Positions 48,931 to 60,528 of a stretch of DNA of 64,000 nt are shown here, piece by piece. Location of the stretch: positions 90,954,001 to 91,018,000 of the forward strand of contig OX597819.1 in assembly GCA_951406725.2 (NCBI GenBank), read 5' to 3'. Position 1 is the first letter of the stretch. Each line of letters begins with the position of its first letter. The stretch is from Octopus vulgaris. Taxonomy: Eukaryota. Under the pieces are notes generated by a model. The model had not been told where the DNA came from and ran no database searches. It worked only from the letters and a program-made list of their open reading frames with translations. A program made the translations under genes and the position numbers.

Positions 48931-51825
48931 TATATCTCAAAAGAATATACTTTCAAACATGACATTCCTCGACAAAAGATGAACTGGTATATAAAACAGC
49001 TTTCTGTGGTTGAGTAATGAAATTTGGGGCGAATATTATTTAGTTTTTCACAGTAAAATGGTTACCATAACATTTTCTTTTCTTTTTGTTCTTTTGTTTC
49101 ATTGATTACTGTTGAAGCAATTAATGTTTGAAACATTTATGAAAGCAGAAGGTTAAACCCTAAAATTGATATTATTTTTAGACTGACGTCAAATGGGAAG
49201 CCAGTTCTTTACATTGTTCTTCAAGTCCACAAATACACTATTCTCCATTGTATATTTTATTTTAAGAGAATAAATAGATTTCCCAAAGGAAAGGAAAAGA
49301 AATACGAAAAATTAAGAAATTGACCTTAACCAACACTAAATTTACTTGTCAAACTTGTTAACTGTAGCATAAATTAACTAATAAAACTCTAACAGACATT
49401 GATAAAAATGCTAAATATTTCCTGTTATATCCATCGGTCTGTCTGTCTGTCTAACTGGTTGTCTGTCTGTCTATCTATCTATCTATCGTTTGTCTGTTGT
49501 CTACTCTCTGTCTCAGTTTCTGTCTGTTTACTCTCTCTCTCTTTCATTTTAACTGTGTGTGTGTGTGTGTGTAGTAAAGAATTTTATTACATCTGAAAAT
49601 AAGTCTTATGAAAGTATATGATTGTTTACAGCAACTAAAAATCATCTGCAACGTTCCTCTATTTCAGCTTGATTTTTCCAGCATAAACCATTTGACAAAG
49701 AATGTCCCCCACCCTCTTCTGCTTGCAAGTTTAGTAGTAGTGCCACATATTTTTCGAAGGGATCTTTGCTTTATGTATAATTTATTGTATTGAAAAGAAG
49801 AAACTGCAAATTATGATTCATTGTCTTGTTTATATAAATTCTTTCAAGACAGATTTCTGATGAAATCTCTTTATCTTGTTAATATTAGTACTTCAAAAGA
49901 TCATTATTAAATTGCTGTTACAAATTTTTCTTGTTAAATGCATATAACGACCATCATTTTCATGAAAAACTGTTTCATTGCTTTTCAGCTGTACTTAGAA
50001 GAAAAGATTTTCTTGCAACTATATTAAATTAAAAGAGAAATATCCTTTAGTCTATTACTCTTCTTAAAATACTACTGTTTCATAGTCTCCTGTTTTCTAC
50101 CTATTTAATTATACATAAGTTGAAGAGGTTTAAAACCACCTAGAAACGAAAGAAAAATGTTGACAGCAAAAAAGCAAAAGATTTTGACAAATACCAACCT
50201 GAATTTGGCATCGCCTTTTCTTGAAAAAAATTTCTTTTATTTAATAAGGAATTCGTATATTGAATTACAAGTTTAAAATAAAACCAATAAACAAAAACTA
50301 AATCTATCTAATTAACCCTTTTTCTATTGTTTTCCTTAGACATCCTCTAATTATTATTACATCGCCTGACAAGAACAATGACCTACAAAAACACCAATAG
50401 TAATTATTTCGTTGTTTCTAAAGGATAAAAATATGTACAGGAAAAATTTAAAAAAAAGCCTAACTGATGACATAATTTTGATATTAACTAGACTTTTCTT
50501 AGACTCATTTCCTAACTTAATGATAGTGGATTAAGGTTAATTAGCATTGTACACCTTGTTTAGTTTAGTTTAATTCAGTTACAGGTCAGCATAGGAGTAC
50601 AACTGTTTTCTATTTGGCTTTATATTGTGTCTGTTGTGCACGAAGTCTGCTAGAAGAGCCACCACAGAAGAAAGTAGTGGTTAGGCAAATCTCCCTCAGA
50701 CAACAGCCTACTATTTTTTTTTTTTTAAGCTAGGACACTTTGGAGAGTGTAGTTGTAGCTCTGGATACATTGTGGTTGAATAGAAAGATAGTATGGTCAC
50801 GAGTAGAACACCTTTGATCATAAGTTTGCCTATCCTATTCTACCCTCAAGCTTAAACAAAAGCTCTATCTAGATTTATGCTACTTTCGAACTCTGAAGAG
50901 AATTTTTTAACACCACCACTACCAACAACAACAACTACAGATTTATTCTTTTGCTACTTTCCGTCTATCTGTCTGTTTCTAAGTTTCATGATTTTGTTCT
51001 CTGGGTTCTAGTTGAAAAACAAAGGAGGCAGACTGTGTTTACATCAATCAGTTCGCCTGAGGAAGGAAGTTGAAAGCTTAACAATAGCAGTTGCTTGACA
51101 AGTACGTGTCAGCGACTCTGCTTCTTATGGCTGTAGACGACGACGGTGGTAGTAACAAGAGAAAGCGCAAGTCCTGAACATTGAAAAGGGGGTGACGATG
51201 ATGATAATGATGGTGACGATAATAATAATAATAAAAATAATAATGATGGGGGTAGTGGTCGTCATAAATGTCAGTGGAAGGAGCGGGTGGCGAAGTCAGC
51301 TGTGCAGGCTAAGCTGGGTCACGTGCTGGAGGAAAGGAAGACACAGCAGATGGGTGATGTCAGCAACAAGACGAAAATAACAGAGAAACAGACTGTGTTT
51401 ACATACATACACGCCTCCCTCTTCCACTATTACTTCCAAAGTGGTGGCTGTATGTGTGTGTCTGTGTGTGCGTATCCGCGCGTGAGTGTGCCAGTGAGTC
51501 TGTGTGCGTACGTGCCAGTGTGCGCGTGTGTGAGTATATGTGTGTGCGCGCACAAGCCTACGTGCCTGTGTGTGTGAGTTTTGTAGGTGGGGGACGGAGA
51601 TGTGATGTTTATATGTCAGTTACTCGACAAGGTCACCACGAAAAACTAGGTCATCGCTGTTCATCAAACTATAACAGCCCCTTTGAAAAGAGTGTTTACT
51701 TTTTTCAAGGGAAGGAAGAGAAGGCGTGTCTAACTAGAGAACCTATATTTAAATATAAACAGTGGACAGACTATAACCTGTTTAGACCCTAGCTTCCCCT
51801 GTTGTTTTGGTTACTAGTCGCTTAG

Positions 51826-52386
51826 TGGGGTTCTCAAACGTTGAGAGAAAGGGCAGAAAAATATTTTTTATATTATTTTATGGCAGTGCTTTTTGTATTT
51901 TTTAAAAATATATAATCTCTAAAAAACCTAAGCTTGGGATTCGCGAAACAGAGAAAGTACTGAAAAATATTTTATATTAATAGCAATATCCTTTTTTTTT
52001 ATAACCCCTAAAAGGTATCTTTTCACTTTGAAAAGATTTTTAAAATAATTTCTTTGTAACTAAACACTTTTAAACTTCGTCTACTGGTAGTGTGTTACAT
52101 AAAACGTGAAAATTTCCCCTAAAAGTCTTGGGAATAGGGTTCGCGAAATTGAGAAGGGCTGACAAAAATTTACAGACATGTCTTGTTTTGTGTGTGTGTG
52201 TGTGTTGTGTGTATGTGTGTGTGAATGTATATCCCTTCCCCAAATCTTGCAGGTGGAGTTCGCAAAACTGAGAATAAGGGGCTGAAAAATCCTTTATATT
52301 ATTTTATTTTATTTTTTTAATAATCCCTAAAAATCTTAGGAGCGCGATTCACGAAATTGAGAAAGGCTGAAAAACATCTATATTAT
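51826..52386. repeat. Array of five diverged copies of a 50-70 bp motif with variable spacers
   Basis: Consensus approximately CCCTAAAAATCTT(A/G)GGA-GGGTTCGCGAAATTGAGAAAGGGCTGAAAAAT..TTATATT at about 51826, 51915, 52116, 52238 and 52324; partial copy at about 52003. Confidence 0.85.
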
Positions 52387-52832
52387 ACTTGAGTTTTTAG
52401 GGATCTTTTGTATGATCGGTTAAAAATATTGTTTTAAAAACTTCTAGTGATATTTCATGTAATTTGTTCTTCATTGGACACATAATCTAACATGCTTTGT
52501 TGTTTACAAATCCTTAATCTGTTTACTTATACATCTTCGGGAAAGAATATTCCGGAACGTGGTAGCGCTTTCTACTTCTGATGACGTGAGTCAGTATAGT
52601 ACTTAAAGTGCTCCCCACCCACCACTTAGCCTGACTTGACGTAGTTACGGATCATTAATATCATATATTTTATTGTATTGGATATGTGCGTGCGTGTACA
52701 TTATTTTATATCTCTTATGATAAATTATACATATAAAATATAAATACGATACTACACACCCACATATATATATATAGTTTATATATCTATCTATCTATCT
52801 ATCTATCTATATATATATATATATATATATAT

Positions 52833-53022
52833 AACGGGAAGCTTTATGAAAATAAACAAAAGACGAAGGCAGGTGGAAAACAAACGAACAATTGTATTAG
52901 TATGGCGCTCAGGAAATATAAATAAAACAAGTCTTTAACGTTTCGAGCCTACGCTCTTCAACAGAAAGATACACAGAGAGAGAAAAACACAGAAAGAAGG
53001 AGAGAAAAAAAATGCGTGCAGT
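52833..53022 (-). mobile_element. Short Penelope-pLTR-like repeat embedded in (TA)n; sister copies at 13818-13992(+) and about 12135-12290(-)
   Basis: About 170 bp reverse-complement similarity to 13818-13992. Contains a minimal hammerhead-like motif. All three copies adjoin (TA)n microsatellites. Confidence 0.75.
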
Positions 53023-54012
53023 TATATATATATATATATATATAGTTTATATATCTATCTATCTATCTATATATATATATATATAGTTTATATATCTATC
53101 TATCTATATAAATAAATATATATACATATATGGTTTATATATCTATCTATCTATATAAATAAATAAATATATATAGATATATGAATATATATATATATAT
53201 TCATAAATAATATACATTAGTATGTGTTCGTACGCACACAACTGTATATAATATATAATACACACAATACATCTGTATCATATGCAACTTATACATACGA
53301 TAGACATATGGGTCTTCCCAAATGTAGCAGACATTTATATGTATTTATGAGTGTTTGTACTTAGATATATATCTATACATACATATATTTGTATTAAATA
53401 TATCTATTCGAATATATATGTGTGTATCTTTATGTCTGTGTTTGTCGCCCCCACCGCTTGACAAGCGGTGTTGGTTTGTTTACGTCTCCCTAAGTTAGTG
53501 GTCCCTTTCAAAGAGTCCATTAAAATAAAGCACCAGGCTGAGAAAGAAAAATAAGTACTGGGAACGATTTGTTTGACTAAATTACTCCAAAGACGGTGCC
53601 TCGCCATGACCGTGTACTACACTGACTAAACAACTAAAAGTATATATATACTTTTAAACTTGTCTATTGTTCTCTCACCTGTCGTTTTTTTTGTGTAATT
53701 ATATATAGCCACAAATATCTATATACGCACATACATAAATATATCTTCCTACATGCAAATATATATATATATATATATATATTATGTATGTATGTATGTA
53801 CCCGTGTGTGAGCGCTGGCATATTTTGATTAATTTAATTTGGAAAGTTTCGTTTCGTGAGCCTTAAATCTAGGTCGCGTGAACTACTTTGTTATTAAAAG
53901 GCTTTTTGACTCAAATGTCTTTTAATGTATTTGGCTTGCTAGATTCTTGATGTGAATTCGTGTGTTGAAACAAATGACCCATCCAAGACACAAAACTTTC
54001 AATGTCTTAGAC

Positions 54013-54113
54013 GAGTGGTTCCCAACCTGTGGTCCACAAAGGTAGTACTGGGGGGGTCCGTGAACTAAATTCAAAATTTCATATCCTTGGTCGTGAAAAG
54101 GTTAGAACCATTG
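54013..54113. mobile_element. hAT (Charlie-type) MITE with 8-bp TSD
   Basis: Ends (C>G)AGTGGTTCCCAACCT and AGGTTAGAACCATTG; TSD TCTTAGAC at 54005-54012 and 54114-54121. Confidence 0.88.
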
Positions 54114-56278
54114 TCTTAGACATTTGTTCCAGTGTTTGTCATAAATCTGAATCTTTGAGATTGAATCATAATGTTATATGAATCACTTCAAACTATTCAT
54201 TTGTTGTTTTACAGTTTTATGTAATACCATCTTAAAATAACACTGAAGAATTAAGACGGGAAAATAAATGTATTCAAAAGCAAAACAAAAGAAAAAGAAA
54301 AGTATTTGTTTCGCCAACTAATGATAGAATATCGGTGTGTGTGAGAGAGAGAGAGTATAGAGAAATTCACTGAAGCTGGAAGTATTTCATGGTCACAATA
54401 GCCTAAATAAAAACCGTATGGAATTGTTGCCTGCCATATATAAACGAAAAGAAAAAAAAAACGTCACCGGTAAAAAACACTTAGATAAAAATTACAGAAA
54501 ATTTGTTAAATGATTTATGTTTTTCTATTTCATTGTTTTATCTAAAGTATTTAATAGAAGATGAATTCTCCCACCCCCGAATACGTGTAATACCCTTCAT
54601 TGTTTTCACCGTGTACTAGTCATGTTCTGCAAGTTAATCGACTTAAAATATTTACTTTAAAGTACTTTAACTGTCATTTATGATATTTAAATGAAATATT
54701 ATCTTTTACCAAACCAAAATTTGATCTGACCAAATACGTTATTTGCTTTCTTGACTAAATTTGAGACTTTTTCTCATGGCTCTTATATCAGTTCACCATA
54801 TAACTATGGAAACTGGAAATAAGACCTTTGTGTGTTTGTTCACAGGGAGAAGAAACACTATGTTGAAATGTAGGTTCGAGTTCTGTCTTCTTAATGATAT
54901 ACTATAGCAACGTCGACTCACAATAAAATTAGGTTGAAAGATCCGATCCCATTAATACCATAACAATGTGGAAATTGGATTTTCTTTTTAGAATACTTTT
55001 TGCTTTGATAGTATCGATTTCCTTTTATCAAACGCAGGGTCTAGTTAGTAAGGTGTGGGAATATAGACGGTTGAATCTAATATAACGTTTTATAGAGCTT
55101 TTTTTTTTTTATTGACCACTTTTCGTCTCAAGCTTAACAAGCTGTGCTAAAACCAGGCAAACTAGAACACGTTTTATAAAATAAATGCCATATGTTAACA
55201 CTTCTGTGTTTTATTGTTGAAAGAGTAGGCAGAAATAGACATTAGAGGAATGAATGAATTAACTTCGACTGGGAATGGAAACCAGCTTGCTTGGCGTAGC
55301 TTTTGGGCTTGGGAGACTCGTTGAAGCAGCGGAGAATATGTCTTGTGGTTCTCTAGGTACTGAGTTCAAACCCTATTGATATCAACTTCGTTTTCAATTT
55401 TTTTTTTTTTTACCAAGATCGAAAAAAGAAGTACTAGTTAAGTGCTGAGGTCAATTTGATCAAATAACCTTCCATTAAAAGAGCTGACATTGAGTCAAAA
55501 TCAGAAATGAATTTAGTCAGTTAAGGTGAAATGAGGAACAAAAGTTACAGATACATGAATAGAAATCAAAGGAAAAAAAGTTACAGCGCAAACTTGAAAA
55601 AAAGACATTGTTTTAAGATGTATAAATATTATAAATTGCCTTGTCATAGGAGTATATACAAATTGTATGTTGTATAAATTGTCTTGTCATAGTGTACAAG
55701 ACGTGTTGTCAATTAATATGCGATTTAAAGTATTTATTTATACTAACTATTATTCATGGTATTTAAATGACATGATATTTTTTCCTGTGACCTTTTATTC
55801 CCGTCCATCAATGCAGTGTCCATAACAGTCGCAGGCCCTCTGTCAGACAGTAAATTCTGAGTATTAGTTCCTCCAGTCTCATGTTTTATGAATATTGGTT
55901 TCTATTTTTGGAAAAAGCCAGCAATTTCGGGGAGGAGTAAGTCAAATATATCGACCCCAGTACTCAACTGGTACTTATTTTATCGACTTCAAAAGGATAT
56001 TGGCGGAATTTGAACTGAGAACGTAAAAATGTACGGAATACTGCTAAACATTTTGCCTGGTGTTGTAACGATCGTGCTGGCTCGCCGCCTTATGTTTTGT
56101 GAATATTGACTGCCATTTCTTCCACTTCTTCAACGACATTTCCATGATTTTGTGACACAAAGGAGTTGCATTTGAAAAGTTTTACTTTAGTCTGTGTTAC
56201 CCATATAGCAGGTTTTCCCTTTCCATGCTACAAATGTTGTCGAGGATGGGCAAGGACGGATACAGCTTGGCATCAGTG

Positions 56279-56859
56279 TCATTAGAGGACTTGGAAAGAT
56301 TTCTGCCCGTCCCCACCCATTTTCTCCCAATTGTTTTTGCCAAAATCCCCCGTTTTCGGATACGGAGGTTCTGGAAAATTGCCAAAAATCGGCATTGTGA
56401 AATTACCCCACCCCAATTCTTAAATTTTGACTTTTTTCCCTAACACGAACCCTAACCCTAAAACCCCAACTCTAAAACGCTAACCCTAACCCTAATCTTA
56501 ACCCTATGCCTAACCCTAAAACCATAACCCTAACCCAACACTAACCCCAAAACCCTAACTGTAACCCTAAAATCCTAACCCTAGCCGTAACTACAGAAAT
56601 GTTTTGAAATTGTTTTCAGAATCATAATGTCTGTATTTTTTTGCATATTTAGAAAAAAAAAATTTCTGAAAAAAGTTTTAAAATGAAGGAAATGGGGTGG
56701 GGTGGGGGGTAATTTAAAAATGCTGATTTTTGCCAATCTTTTTGCAGATTCGTATTCCTCGTAGCCAAAAGAGGGGGGGGGGGGTCGAAAAAAATGTAAG
56801 AAAAGGGTGGTTTTTGGTGGGGGATGTTCAGAAGTCTTGCTGAGGACTTGCCCTAATGA
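56279..56859. mobile_element. Non-autonomous DNA element with long imperfect inverted arms and a central degenerate telomeric (CCCTAA)n tract at about 56438-56592
   Basis: ATTGCCAAAAATCGGCATTGTGAAATTACCCCACCCC (about 56378-56414) matches the reverse complement of about 56699-56736. The outer TCATTAG...AAGATTTCTG and CAGAAGTCTT...CCCTAATGA also pair. About 20 variant CCCTAA units lie in the centre. Confidence 0.75.
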
Positions 56860-57143
56860 AGACAATGTTGGGTTTCCTTGTGGACATCAGTTCATGATTT
56901 ATAGTTTTCATTGTATACCTTCACTAATGTGTCCTCCTCACCCACCACTTTTGTTTCCTCACAAATTTCAGAAGAACGCATAATTTTTAATGATGTTTTT
57001 TCCAAATACCATTCAGATAGAGTAGATTTAGATTATATTGGAATTTGTGATGGAAATTATTTTCAGTGTTGGGGTGGTGGTATACCTTGTAGTATTTGAT
57101 TAAAACTGGTACGGTTTTTAATTACCCCTGAAAAAAATCAAAT

Positions 57144-57206
<63 letters not shown>

Positions 57207-57452
57207 CTCACTCATAAGGTATTGGAATCTTGCATTGTGTATAAACTCTATACTTGGAATGACCCATTTTAGATATTCTGTTGGATTTTACTCATAAGTT
57301 ATTGGGATCTTACATATATACCATTCTGCCTAAAAAATGGATCTACAAATTCAGTATCCCTACATATCTCACATCTATTCTTTTTCCTCCACCTTACTCT
57401 CTATTTTGTATCCTATCTAAATTAACTATTACTTAACCATCCTCTCACACCA

Positions 57453-57502
57453 TCTCTGATGAAGGGATATAATTAATAAATATCCTGGAAGCAGCTGTAA
57501 GA
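57453..57502 (+). ncRNA. Minimal type I hammerhead-ribozyme-like motif (mutated copy) in a Penelope-like terminal fragment (about 57200-57570)
   Basis: TCT-CTGATGA-AG-GGATAT-loop-ATATCC-TG-GAAG-C-AGCT-G-TA-AGA: canonical CUGAUGA, paired stem II, palindromic stem III loop and GUA triplet. GAAA is replaced by GAAG. Confidence 0.55.
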
Positions 57503-57567
57503 CCTATCTATAAATGTTCTAATACCTACACAGCCTTGGTTTTTTATCTCATTACACAAAAAATTCT

Positions 57568-57614
<47 letters not shown>

Positions 57615-57945
57615 GCAACGGACAGGAGACATTCACAGAGAAGAGGTAGAAACGAAAAAAAGAAAATCGAGTGATTCATAATTTAATTCAACTCTACAAC
57701 TGCGAACAATCGTTTTAACCAATCTTGCCAGACAGGCAAACTTATTCACTTGTTCCACTGATGAATATTGCATTATAGTAATAAATATATTGGAGTTTAA
57801 TGATATACTCATAATTGAGCTCTTGAATAATGGATATATTTTATGGAGTTTAAACACTTCTATATATTTAATATATATTGTATATTCCATCCATCAAGCT
57901 ATCTAGACATACCCACACACACACTCACACATGTATGTATACATA

Positions 57946-58829
57946 CAGGGTGTGATGGGTAAATTGTAGTGATTTTATTTTTAATTTCGTGCATGTGCAT
58001 GTTTTTTTTTGTATTTTGTCGAATACACAGTATTGTAGAGTCAGTTGGGCACTGTCTGTGAGAAAAACAGCACCCTGATGCAATTCACTCTGCCAGAAAT
58101 TTGGAAACGACAGGCTGTACTGCTTGGCATTCACACCAGAAGCTCTAATATGAACAGAGGGTGAACACATAGAACAACCGTTGGCTTTCTGTGTCCCCAA
58201 GACATGTACAGAGAGTGATAAAAATCAAATATGCAGTCAACAACATGGTGTTTGGAGTGATCACTAGTTATGGCAACGTCATGCCTCCATTCCTCTTCCC
58301 ATACGGCCTCAGACTCAACACAAAGGCCTACATCAAGTGCCTGGAGGAGGTAGTATTGCTCTGGGTCAAGAGGGTGGCTGCTGGAAGACCCTATGTCTGG
58401 CAACAGGACTCTGCACCATGCCACACAAGCAGTAGAACCCAGTCATGGCTGTCAGACAATTTCTGTGACCACACCACCTCTAATATCTAGTCACCTAACT
58501 CCACAGACTGCAACCTTCTTGATTATTATGTGTGGGGTGCAGTTGAGCGAGAGACCAACAAAACTCTTTGTAACACAAAGATGAATTGACAGTAAGGATT
58601 ATGGCAGCATTCACCAACTTAGACAAGGAAACTCTTCAGAAGAGTTGCAGAAGATTCCAAAGTTGCCTGGAGGCCATGGTTGAAGCCAATAGCGATTTTA
58701 TTGAATAAGTTTACTCTTCAGAATTTCAAGGTACTTTTATGTAATTTTGGTAAATATATCTGTTAAAATGGGATGTTAGTGTTATTTTCATTTTTGTGTA
58801 ATTTAGATGACAATATATTCACCACACCT

Positions 58830-58831
<2 letters not shown>
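57946..58831 (+). mobile_element. Internally deleted DD37D (maT-type) Tc1/mariner transposon
   Basis: TIRs CAGGGTGTGATGGGTAAATTG (after TA) and CAATATATTCACCACACCTTG. The remnant VFGVITSYGNVMPPFLF...VWQQDSAPCH...*SPNSTDCNLLDYYVWG has 37 residues between the second and third catalytic Asp and an in-frame stop at 58488-58490. Confidence 0.9.
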
Positions 58832-58865
<34 letters not shown>

Positions 58866-59013
58866 AATTGTGCGGTTAGTATGTGTGCATATCAATGTGA
58901 TGTTAAATTTCTCAGACGTTTAGAAAAGCCAATCAAAATAAGTACACCATCATAGCTCCACTCCGCTCACTACTACTACTACCGCTGTTGTTGCTGCTGC
59001 TACTACTAGTTGC

Positions 59014-59142
59014 TTGCGCATAGTTTAAGGTGAGTTTGCCTGCTATTTCTGGCAAGACTAGTGACTATGCAGCAAGGAAGCCCTCTGCATAGTCACTAGA
59101 CTTGCCAGAAATAGCAGGCAAACCTCATTAAACTATGCCCAA
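59014..59142. repeat. Near-perfect fold-back inverted repeat (about 58-bp arms, 12-nt loop)
   Basis: 59014-59072 is the reverse complement of 59085-59142 with about 4-5 differences. Confidence 0.95.
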
Positions 59143-60300
59143 CTAACTAATACAAAAGGATACACAAGTTAGCTATAACCTTAATGACAACATCAAATAT
59201 AATTTGACTAATGGATTAGTTGCTATGTACACATACATTTACATCTACCAGAGATTACAATTTAGTATCAACCACACCAACTTAATTAGTTTGGCAATGC
59301 CTGTAAAAGTTTTTTTTTTCTCAGCAACTAACAGCTGTTACAAATGTACAGAAACAATCATTGCTATTTGGATCAAAGCCTGTTCATTCCATCTTTTTGG
59401 ATTATAATTCTTTTTTTTTTTGCATGAATTCTGCATACAGTAAAGATTTTCCACTTGTACATCCAGTAAAAGGAGTACTAATGCCCTGTGATATCATATG
59501 GTTGCCGATAACCATGGAGGAGCTTTGAAATACACACTGTAAGGTTATTTATTACCCAGATGATTATATATATATATATATTATATATATACATATATAT
59601 ATATACACACACATATATATTTTTATACATATATATATATATATATATATTGTATTTAGGAATGGTCATTATATACATACATATATATATCACCATCACC
59701 GTGACCGACCAGGCTATCAGATGTTGCTACACATCGCTGGTCACAATGCACTTCGCATTGTTTTAGCCTTCAAATGACGCCACCCCACTGGCTAAGCTAG
59801 CAGGTCAACAGAAGAAAGAGTGAGAGAAAGTTGTGGCGAAAGAGTACAGCAGCGATATATTATATATATATGTGTGTATGTATGTATGTATGTATGTATA
59901 TATATATATACATATATTCATACATGCAGATAGTATTTGAACAGTTCAAATACTAAGAAATAAGCATACTTAATTTGATTTATACCAAATGATTTTGGAA
60001 AATGAATGGGTTATTTTCCTTGGATGTTAAAATGAAATATTTTAGATGTGTATAAGGACCCCTTCTAGGAGTCCTAGTATCGATGTTTTCAACAATCTGA
60101 GTATGCGATGAGGTTTCCAGACATGAGTTCTATTCACGTGTCGAGTGTCATTGAAATCAATAAAACGATGTAGGAGGATTTAGCTTACAACTCCACAAAC
60201 ACAGCCACAGACAGAATTTCCCACATATGTAGTAGATATATATATCTTAAGAGGCTTGCTTTGTATCCTTATGATTTCATATTCAGTCCCTCTGTGTGAC

Positions 60301-60528
60301 AAGGCTGGCCCTTTGAAATACAGGTACAGCAGAAACAGGAAGAAAGAATGAGAGAAAGTTGTGGTGAAAGAGTACAGCATGGTTTGCCACCCCCTCCCCC
60401 CGCCGAAGGCTTGTGGAGCTTTAAGTGTTTCTGCTCAATAAACACTCACAATGCCCGGTCTGGGAATTGAAACTGCAATCCTACAATCATGAGTCTGCTG
60501 CCCTAACCACTTGGCCATTGCACCTCCA
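60301..60528 (-). mobile_element. tRNA-headed SINE (family C-like), 5' part, nested in a family A SINE
   Basis: Minus strand reads GGAGGTGCAATGGCCAAGTGGTTAGGGCAGCAGACTC...GTTTCAATTCC. Shares the GAAGAAAGAGTGAGAGAAAGTTGTGG-GAAAGAGTACAGCA block with 59693-59853. Confidence 0.75.

Noticed and set aside
51826-52386. CRISPR-like appearance of the motif-and-spacer array
   Set aside because: Eukaryotic context, repeats too diverged and long, irregular spacer lengths, and no cas genes.
56438-56592. True telomere or chromosome fusion site
   Set aside because: The tract is short, degenerate, in a single orientation and enclosed by transposon-like inverted arms.
58191-58490. Functional transposase gene
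   Set aside because: Internal deletion, missing N-terminal DNA-binding domain and first catalytic Asp region, and an in-frame stop before the third Asp.
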